64,000 nucleotides of DNA, from assembly GCF_000981445.1 (NCBI RefSeq), contig NC_027218.1, forward strand, positions 1,054,001 through 1,118,000. The letters run 5' to 3'. A program made the position numbers and the translations under genes. The stretch's first letter is position 1; the number at the start of each line of letters is the position of its first letter. The stretch is from Babesia bigemina (Eukaryota). Of this stretch, positions 55,257 through 64,000 are shown piece after piece. Below the pieces are notes generated by a model that saw only the letters and a list, made by a program, of their open reading frames with translations, was not told the origin of the DNA and made no database searches.

Positions 55257-56789
55257 TCAGGTTTCGGGGTTAGGCCTTCTCCTGATCTGCCTGAGACACT
55301 GCAACAGCCTCCGGTCTTGAAGGAACTCGTTGAAAAACTCGACCGGGAGGAACTCGTACAGCCCCGCCACCAGGATGGATATTATCAGGTCTCGGAGGTT
55401 CTTGGGGTCCTTGCCATTGCACAACTTGCCGTTCCTCAGATTCTGCACCATCTGGTCAACAGTCAGCTCCGACTCGGGGGGCAGCTTTTCGTTGCGCTTC
55501 TCCTTCGATTGACCGTCGCGGCGCTCGGCACGGCTCCGGTCTCTGGAGGGCCGCTTTACCCGTTCCCCACCGTTAACGAGGTAGTCAGAGTCGCCGTCAT
55601 CCTCGTCCGCGCGGTCCACTTCGCCCTCGTTGCTGACCAGGCTCCGACGATCGGTTGAGGCGATCTTCTCGTCTTCGCTGGAACCGCATGGGCGTTTCGA
55701 TGCGGGCTGCACCTTGCCTTGGGATACTAATAATTTGAGACGGTCACTGCTTCCTCTGCCATCCGCTGGGTCACGGAGGCGGGATGGCGATTTGGGCGTT
55801 GCGTCGCCTGAGGCCGCGCCCTCTTGGATCCCGATGCCTATAAACCGTATCGGCGAAGATAAAGGCTTGTCATAGATATCTGGTTTGGCCTTAAACGAGA
55901 CCGACTTTGCGGATTCGCTGGCCTTGGCTTTTTTCTTAGCCTTGCCAGCGGGCCCGTTACCGCGCCCCGGGCCCGACAACGTGGGTAGCAACAGATCTTC
56001 AGACAGCACGTCGTCCGGCAACACCAGTGACGACGGCCCTAGAAGCGAATATGCGTTGCTAGTCAGCAGCGGGAGCTTGAGGATGTCTTTGAAGCTGACG
56101 GCGTCGTTACCGTCGGGGTCCTTCCCCAGTCCCGCAAGGGCGTCCTCCACTACTTCATGCAACTTGCCGCGCAGCAGATCCGGGTCTTCCAAACCCCACG
56201 ATATATCGGTGTACGGGGTTGGACGGGGGTATGCCGAATCGTCCGTGGACGCTGGGACACTGCCATTGGCATTACGTGCCTGCAGCGTGTTGACCATCGC
56301 GCTCATTGGCATACAGGGCACTCCGTAACGCAGAGCACGGCTCATAAACCCGACCCTCCTGTTACCATGCATCACGTTGAGTCCTAACAGCGCCAACGCG
56401 TTGCGCTTGCTGGCGATCCGAACCCCGATGTGCGCCAGCAGCGCCTCGCAGACCTGCAGCTCCTTGCGGATCTCCGACGGCGTGGCCTCAGGGAGCGGCT
56501 CGTCATCGCCGGCATCCGTGCTTCTCCGATAATAGTGCACATGGTTGTCGTCTTCGTTGTAGAGACAGTCTTCGACGTCGCTGGCCTCACAGCGCGTCAC
56601 AGCTCGCCTAATGCGTTTGCGCTGAGTACGCGCATACTGGCTGCTGTACAGGCAGCTCAGCGGCCGAGCGTTCAGCAAGCACAGCTCCGGCGCAGGCAGC
56701 GGGATGGCCGGAAGGACGGCCGACGCCCTGCGCTCGGATCCGGGCCGCGCATGGGCCTCTCCCGACTGGGAGCCAGTCCCCTCGCTCAT
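55257..56789 (-). CDS. Hypothetical protein (510 aa)
   Basis: Long ATG-initiated ORF, divergent from snRNP27; no recognised domain. Confidence 0.75.
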   Translation of the reverse strand: MSEGTGSQSGEAHARPGSERRASAVLPAIPLPAPELCLLNARPLSCLYSSQYARTQRKRIRRAVTRCEASDVEDCLYNEDDNHVHYYRRSTDAGDDEPLPEATPSEIRKELQVCEALLAHIGVRIASKRNALALLGLNVMHGNRRVGFMSRALRYGVPCMPMSAMVNTLQARNANGSVPASTDDSAYPRPTPYTDISWGLEDPDLLRGKLHEVVEDALAGLGKDPDGNDAVSFKDILKLPLLTSNAYSLLGPSSLVLPDDVLSEDLLLPTLSGPGRGNGPAGKAKKKAKASESAKSVSFKAKPDIYDKPLSSPIRFIGIGIQEGAASGDATPKSPSRLRDPADGRGSSDRLKLLVSQGKVQPASKRPCGSSEDEKIASTDRRSLVSNEGEVDRADEDDGDSDYLVNGGERVKRPSRDRSRAERRDGQSKEKRNEKLPPESELTVDQMVQNLRNGKLCNGKDPKNLRDLIISILVAGLYEFLPVEFFNEFLQDRRLLQCLRQIRRRPNPET

Positions 56790-57013
56790 CGCTCCCCGGC
56801 GCTGCGAACGCAGTTCCTCGAGCAGTGCAGGGGGCCTGCTTCATGGAATTCTCGCGCGCGGCACCTCTGCGGCGCGGCTGTCGTAAACGAGCTGTGCCGG
56901 ACGGTGGCACTCCGTACACATCGCCGCCCGCGACTGCGGGAATTCTAGTGGTGCCGCCGTGCCTGCGATCAAAGGGATGTGAAGCTGTGATAAAAGCGTC
57001 TGCAAATACCTTG

Positions 57014-57865
57014 ATGTCTGAACCAAGGAGGTACAGAAGTCGCAGCGCTGATCGCCAGCGCTACGCGCGGCGTGATTCCTCAGATCGCGGCGACCGCAGA
57101 CACTACCGCGAACAGAGTCCCCGCCGTGGAGACTCGCGAGATCCTGGTGATAATAGGCGCAGAGACGGGGAAGACCGACGACGTCGAGATTCTCCGGACC
57201 GCCGGTATCGTAGTGACCGCGACTACCGCGATGATAGGAGACGTGATTATCGCGACGGTAGGGCGGACGGTGATCGGGGAGATAGGAGGGGTTCCTATGG
57301 TGAAAGCCGGCGAGAGGGTCCTGTGGAAGACGGAGGGAGTGCGACTAGAGATGATAGAAGGCATGTAAGAGACAGTTCATACCGGGACGATCGCATCTCA
57401 CCACGGCGAGGCGGTAGGGATGGCCGCCGGTCCGTTACGAGGGGCGACCCTCGTGGAAGGAGAGGGGATTCGCGCTATGACCGTGGAGCTGATCGCCGTG
57501 CAGACAGGGATGACCGCCGGAGGAGGAGCAGCCGTGACCGATCCTCGGGGAGGGACGATCGTCGACGCCGAGATGGGCGCAGGCGCAGCAGGAGCACCGA
57601 CAGCGCCTGCAGTTTCGGCTCCAGGGTGTCATTCGGCAGGCCGGAAGAGGAAAACAATGCGGAGGAAGCGCAAGCTGACACTGGGCCCGTGGACGAGGAC
57701 GAGCTGCTCAGGCAGGCCATGGGTTTCGGGGAGTTCTCCACCACGAAGAACAAGCAGCACCTGGATTCGGACGTTTCCGGGGTCGCCAAGCGCTCCAAGA
57801 GGAAGTATCGGCAGTACATGAACAGGCGTGGCGGGTTCAACCGGCCCCTATCGCCCACGTACTGA
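57014..57865 (+). CDS. SNRNP27: U4/U6.U5 snRNP 27 kDa protein
   Basis: RD/RS-rich N-terminus and C-terminal MGFGEFSTTKNK...KRKYRQYMNRRGGFNRPLS signature. Confidence 0.93.
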   Translation: MSEPRRYRSRSADRQRYARRDSSDRGDRRHYREQSPRRGDSRDPGDNRRRDGEDRRRRDSPDRRYRSDRDYRDDRRRDYRDGRADGDRGDRRGSYGESRREGPVEDGGSATRDDRRHVRDSSYRDDRISPRRGGRDGRRSVTRGDPRGRRGDSRYDRGADRRADRDDRRRRSSRDRSSGRDDRRRRDGRRRSRSTDSACSFGSRVSFGRPEEENNAEEAQADTGPVDEDELLRQAMGFGEFSTTKNKQHLDSDVSGVAKRSKRKYRQYMNRRGGFNRPLSPTY

Positions 57866-58112
57866 CAGACACCACATGCAGGGCGGGGTTGGCTGAACAC
57901 GTCATATGACGTCAGCAACGGATTATGTCCCCGCTAGTGGCGCATAGAGCACCAGAGATCCGCAAACACGGATGACACAGAACTGAGCAGTGCCTACATA
58001 AATCGCAACCCTTAATATGTAGCATGCAATATCGATTTCATGCGAGCATTTACTTTGGGTGTCCTAGTGTACGACACGAAATTCAGACGGTTAATGTGGA
58101 CCCTGCGATGTT

Positions 58113-61100
58113 CTAGGCGCTCTCCTCACCAACGGCCTTCCCACTGAACGCGTCGTCCAGCATCAGCTTACGCTGGCAGCACTCCATCACGTATTCCTCG
58201 ATAGTGCCCTCGCACAGCAGCTTGTACACCTCCACGGTCTGAGTCTGGCCGATGCGGTGGCAGCGGTCCTCCGCCTGCGTGTCGTTGTGCGGGTTCCAGT
58301 CCTGGTCCATCAGCACCACGGTGGAGGCCACCGTCAGGTTCAGGCCGGTGCCACCCGCCTTCGTGGACACCAGCATCAGCCTCACGTTCTCGTCGTTGGT
58401 GAACTGGTCGACCATCTCGGTGCGGGAGTTCGTGTTGCAGCCGCCGTCTAGACGTAGGTACACCACCTCAGGCTTGTTGAGCCGCAAGCACTCCTCTATC
58501 ACGTCGAGGTACATCGTGAACTGGGAGAACACGAGCGCCTTGCGCTTATCGGCCTCCACCTTGTCGATGATCTTGAACAGCTCAACCACCTTGGCGGACG
58601 TCATGAACGCCTCCTTGGGGATGAGGTACCGTTCCAGGCGGGGCTCGAAATGCAGCAGGGACTGCATGGACCGGTGCATCTCGAAGTCGCTCCAGCTGCG
58701 CAGCTCCTTCTCCACGCGCTCTAGGCTGTTCTCCTTGTAGCCCTCGACCTTGCTGGCGTAGTACTTGATCAGCTTCTGCAGCAAATCCTCCTTGTAGTAC
58801 GCCCCGCGCACCAGCAGCGGGTGGTTGCAGATGCGGCGCATGCGGAAGATCAGCGATTTGACCAAAAAGTCGTCCCTGGAGCCTATCGAGTAGTTTTTGG
58901 AACGGCCGTGGCACATGTTGCGCAGCTCGCTCTCGGGCACCTTGTACTTCTGGATCAGCGCGTTGCGGTGCTGCTCGATGTTGGACTCGACCTCCTTCAA
59001 GTACAGGTCCTGTTGAATGCCGGCCATTTTGCAGCGGATGAGAAACGTGTTCTTCGCCGGCAGCTCGTGCATCACGGTTCGCTTCCGCCGCCGCAAAATG
59101 AATGGCGCGATGAGCCTTTGGAGCACGCGGATGGAGGGCTCGATGCTGACGGTCTTGCCATCTGGCCCGAAGAATTCCCCGTCCGACTGCACGCTGTCGA
59201 ATCTTTCGAAGGAGTCCGTAGACTCCTCGTCAACTGTGCCCATAACGAGGTTGGGGTTACGCTCCACCTTCACGCCATCTGCCACCGGCAACAGCGAAGC
59301 GTCCGAGGTGCTAGGGTTTGAGTCGGACTGATTGGCTGCCTTAAGTGCGGCATCTTTATGTTCGACGCTGGTAGGCTCACATTTGACCCTGTCTACGTCA
59401 GCGTCCACACCTCCCGCGGATGCGTCCGACATGCTGCCTATCCTCAACATTGTGTAATCGGCGGGACTCTTGGCATCTGACATTTCTGTGTCTTTTAAAC
59501 CGTCATTTGCGTCACTGTTGAGCCCGGAGTCCAATAGGGATCCGAACGACGTGGACTTAAAAACTTCATCCTTTGGAATTTCGGTAGGACGTTGTGGGGA
59601 ACGGGGGGTATGGACGGCATCCACGTCGACCTGTCTGACTGTTTCTCCATTATTAACCGCTTCCTCAGCGTCGTTTTCCGTAGCAGCTGCATTTGTGTTT
59701 GTCTTACCCGTAGGGTCGGGCTGTGACTGGTTCTTTTCCTGCGGCTCCTCATTGCCGGCAGCCTCCTTCGCACCAGCATCGGCCTCGGTGGCGTTTGCGG
59801 CATCCGCGGCGGCTTTCTTTGATCTTCGTCCCCGTTTAGTCGGTGCCTTGGGCGGCGGGGGAGCGGGTAGCGTTTTTTTGTAGGCCTCGATCTCACCTGG
59901 CTCGACGAGCGACGACAGCGCAGGGAACTCGGAGACGGCATCTTCATAGTTCTTAATTAAATAATTTATGGCGTCATTTATCCTCGACTGGTCGAACATG
60001 TCGGGCATTGCGAACTGGAGGAGGTTGCCCAGTTCGCTCTGGCTGTTCTGCACCGGGGTCCCGGTGAGCAGCAGCCGATGCCGGATGTTGAAGGAGCTGT
60101 TCAGCCTGCGGTATGCGATGGTTTCGCTGTTTTTGAGAGCGTGCGCCTCGTCCACGATCATGTACTCGAACTCACGAATGCCCCGCAGCAGCCGGACGTC
60201 CTCCTTCGATGACACCGTGGGCATAGTTGAGACCAGGATCACAAACGACCCCTTGCTGACGTCGTCGATGACGTCGCATGCGATTTTGAAGCGGGCGGAT
60301 TGCGGGCCGTGGTACTTCACGATGTGGTTTTTCAGGTTGGGCGCCCAGCGCCGCAGCTCCTTGCACCAGTTGTCGACGACGGAAGAGGGGACGAGGATGA
60401 GACATGACCGCTTTGTGCCGTACCCCTCCTTCTTCAGGCGAGCGTTAAAATCGTTGGCGACTTCCTTCGTGTCTATGCTGTAGATGTAACTTAAAAAGAC
60501 GCTGGTTTGGGCTGTCTTTCCCAGCCCCATCTCGTCGGCGAGAATGCCGTTCGCGTGCTCAACGGAGTGCAGCAGCGACAGCCAGTGCACTCCACACTGC
60601 TGGTAGAGCTTCAGGTTCTTGAACTTGGACGCAACGGAAAACTTGGAGAGGTCGGAGTAGCTGCGGATAAATGTGCAGCTGCCGTTGGCAATGGCGGCCC
60701 GGATCTGCTCCTCGATCTTCAGCTGCCCCCCGCTCATGCCAGCCACAACCGTTTCGGTCATTTTCTGCCAAGAATGCAACATTTATTACGTATTAGGACC
60801 CACCTTGGTTATGTCCAGGAATGCATGGAGCGTCTCCAGCGTTTCCCTGATGGCCTTGCGCTTGCGCAGCGCCTCCTTGGCTTCACGCTCCGCAGCAGCG
60901 GCGGCCGCCGCTCGGGCAGCCTCAGCTTTCTTATCGGCGGATTCCTCATCAGAGTCTGTAACGACATGTACGCCCACTAAAATGTTGAACTATAGACCTG
61001 TGGACCTGGTCAGGTAACACTTGGTCAAGCGTGGCTATACAACGTCTACTGAAAAGACTCCACATACCCAGGTCGGAACGCTGGCGTTTCAGCTTCTTCT

Positions 61101-61308
61101 TCTTTTTTGGAACCTGCTCAGAAGCAGCGTCGCCAGCCGAGTCGGCGGAAGGCGATTCCTGGCTGCGTGTGTCACCACGGGCGGACACGACGTCGGCAGC
61201 GTCGACGCCCGAAAACGCGTAACCTCCAAGGTCATCGGCACCGGAATCTTCTATAATGCTATTGCGGCTGCGGCTCACGCCGAGGAAGAAGCTAGCAGTC
61301 GTCACCAT
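58113..61308 (-). CDS. SNF2-family chromatin remodeller (Fun30/SMARCAD1-like); exons ~61308-61068, 60976-60804, 60764-58113
   Basis: GILADEMGLGKT, VDEAH, LLTGTPVQN, PFILRR, RRICNHPLL, FSQFT, STKAGGTGLNL and DWNPHNDTQAEDRCHRIGQ. Confidence 0.92.
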
Positions 61309-61552
61309 TTCGAGTGGCACAGCCAGGCTCGCATTCTCGGCGGCGTGCTAGCTAGCCGCGCTCGTACGACGTGTGTGGCGTGAGCGGCCACACAAAGCGC
61401 GCACGGTGAGCTGCCGTTGACGTTGTCTCCCCGAGTCGCGAGATTTATCACGCTGGACGGGCGGCAGCCACACCCAGAGGCACGGAGTACTCCGAGTAGA
61501 CGTCCCCATAAGCCAACGACCCCGCGCAGCCGGAGCCCGGCGCACAGTAAAG

Positions 61553-63936
61553 ATGAAGCCGCAGCAGACAGTACTCGTCTTTAAGCCTACGCTCAAGAAG
61601 GAGAGCGACCGTAAGGCGCAACTCGCCACCATCCAGGCGTCTCGCGCCCTCAGCGAGGTCATCAGGACCACGCTGGGACCGCGCGCGATGCTCAAGATGA
61701 TGCTCGATCCTATGGGCGGTATCGTCATCACCAACGACGGAAACGCAATATTACGCGAGGTAGGAGCGCGTGACGTGGTCTCGGAGCTTGGCGGCGGCCG
61801 GTGTGTCGCCTGGCTGCCGCCTTCTACGACTTTCATCGGTGTATTGTGCGTATTAGTGGCCTTCAGTGGTTATTTTGGTTGTGGAGTATGTGTAGTACCC
61901 GGTTTAGTCATGGTTATGCCGTTGAAATAGGTGCTGGTGGAATCTGTCTAGGTGTGTACATCAGGCCTATGGGCGACGCCGATGTCGTTGCACGGGTTTG
62001 TAGCGGTCCTTTCGTTGTTTTACAATGCGTATGGGTTCATTTATGATACGGTTGCAGTATGTTTGATGGCAAATTTCGTCAACAATGCTAGAATCTGGTT
62101 GTACATGTCAAATCTGAATTATGCATTCGGCGTTAAATGTTGTTCCAATCACGTGATGAATTCTCGTTGCAATACAACTCCTTTTCGGTGGATTTTGAGC
62201 GAGCTTGCGCCAGAAATGGGAAAATACGTGCTTATATGTTATCTGTTTGTGTCTTAATTTATGATTCCCCTAAAAAGGATGCACTTCGTTACATTGCGCA
62301 TATACATGCTTGGCGTACCAACTATTTACATGCTTCTATACGTCACAGCCGTGGGTATTACATATAAAGTAGTTTATCTTCCATGTGATAGCGAACCATT
62401 AGTTTTATATTGTCATGTTTTGTAGTGATTTTGTGATCTGTCTGGACTGTGCACGATTTACCAGTTTTCCACATCGACTCACAAAATATGCAGATTGACG
62501 TATCAAACCCTGCGGCAAAGAGCCTTATCGAGCTGAGTAGGTCTCAGGACGAGGAGGTCGGCGACGGCACCACCAGCTGTGTCATCCTCAGCGGACAGAT
62601 GCTCGCCAACGCGGAGCCGCTCCTCAAGCGCGACATCCATCCTACCAAAATTGTCGATGGATACATAGAGGCCCTCGAGGACGCACTCGAGGTTATAGAT
62701 GAAATCGCCACGCAGATCGATCTTGACGACGAGGAGGCTGTGAAAAGCGTAGTCCAGTCCTGTCTCGAGACCAAGTTCTCCAGCAAATGGGGCAACCTTA
62801 TCGCGTCGCTGGCTCTCGATGCCGTACGTAGGGTCAAGGTTACACGCCCTAATGGACGAAGCGTAATCGACATTAAGAGATACGCCAAGGTAGAGAAAAT
62901 ACCAGGAGGCATGCCAGAGGATTCGGTGGTGCTTGATGGGATTCTGGTCAACAAAGATGTTGTGCACCCTAGCATGTCGCGACGTGTTGAGAACCCCCGC
63001 GTACTCATATTGGACTGCACTTTGGAGTACAAGAAGGGTGAATCCCAAACCATCGTCGACATTACCGACGAAGAGGGGTGGGCAAAGTTGCTGGAACAGG
63101 AGGAAACCGAAATATTCAACATGTGTCAAAACATTATCCAAACAGGATGCAACGTAGTGGTAACGGAGAAGGGTGTCTCCGATTTAGCGCAACATTTCTT
63201 GTCCAAGGCCGGTATCAGCTGCATAAGGAGGATCCGTAAAACCGACGCCAATAGGTTGGCACGCGTTACCGGAGCAACAATCGTAAACCGCACTGAGGAG
63301 GCGCTGCCGAACGACGTCGGTACTGAATGCGGACTTTTCGAGGTCAGGAAGATTGGAGACGAATACTTCTCATACTTCGTTAAATGCAAGGACCCCAAGG
63401 CGTGCTCAGTTATTCTCAGGGGGTCGTCGAAGGACGTGCTCAATGAGATAGAGCGCAACCTTCAAGATGCGATGAATGTGTGCCGCAACATCATGCTGGA
63501 AGGCAAGCTGTTGCCGGGAGGCGGAGCCACTGAAATCGAGGTTGCATGCCGCCTTAACGCTAAACTAGACAGCAAGGCCGGACTCAAGAGGTGGTCCTAC
63601 CGTGCAGCCGCTAAGGCGTTCGAGGTCATCCCCAAGACTTTGGCGCAAAACTGCGGCGCGAACCCAGTGCGCGTGATCACCGAACTGACATCGCTCCACT
63701 CGGCCGGTAGTGTGAACGCAGGACTGGACGGCGAGACAGGTGAAATATGCGACACCATGAAAAAGCAAATCTTCGACACATATGCAGTTAAGGCGCAGAT
63801 ATACAAGAGCGCCATAGAGGCAACGTGTATGCTGCTCCGCATCGACATGATCGTCTCCGGTATCGGAAAGCGCGACGAGCCCTCGGTCGGCGAAAAACTT
63901 GCTGTCAACGAGGAAGCGCTGGATGCCCAAGCTTAA
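61553..63936 (+). CDS. CCT3: T-complex protein 1 subunit gamma; exons 61553-61759 and 62494-63936
   Basis: IRTTLGPRAMLKM.LDPMGGIV.TNDGNAILRE|ID, QDEEVGDGTTS, IDIKRYAKVEKIPGG and LEYKKGESQT. Confidence 0.97.
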
Positions 63937-64000
63937 TATATTAACTCCTATAAATAATGTATTTACAGTTATATAAGCATCGTGATCACGGTAGATCGAG

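Noticed and set aside
57014..57600. Repeat-like Arg/Asp/Gly tract
   Set aside because: Ordinary RS/RD domain of snRNP27, not a DNA repeat array.
1..64000. tRNA, rRNA, CRISPR, transposon or telomeric repeats
   Set aside because: None recognised by eye; a tRNAscan/Infernal run would be needed to exclude small RNAs.

Overview
Eukaryotic, intron-containing DNA from a piroplasmid apicomplexan, almost certainly Babesia (bigemina/ovata/caballi-like, judged from the ves gene types). About 2.4-19 kb is a lower-GC, chromosome-internal variant-antigen island set between housekeeping genes. It holds two short ves2-like genes, a tandem array of small Cys-rich single-TM genes (three intact-looking, one truncated) and, divergent from these, a 5.2 kb single-exon ves1(b)-like VESA gene. 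The rest is densely packed, GC-rich core genes. Left of the island: the NudC 3' end and an AlaX-fused TrpRS. Right of it: Trm10, apicoplast DXS, mitochondrial intermediate peptidase, an ANK-TPR protein, MTIP/MLC1, a COPI-associated protein, a VARP-like VPS9 protein, PPAT, an A20/AN1 zinc finger, apicoplast KsgA, an alpha-adaptin-ear-like protein, TAF5, Rab escort protein, snRNP27, a Fun30/SMARCAD1-like SNF2, CCT3 and several hypothetical proteins. Most interesting: (1) the Cys-rich mini-TM gene array head-to-head with ves1, with a conserved spliced leader that creates a uORF overlapping the start codon; (2) a catalytically degenerate AlaX-S domain on TrpRS; (3) a probable GC-AG intron; (4) an adaptin-ear protein carrying its own WxxF-acidic motif, ending only 35 bp before the next same-strand gene. 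All exon boundaries were read by eye, and family assignments come from recalled motifs, not database searches.
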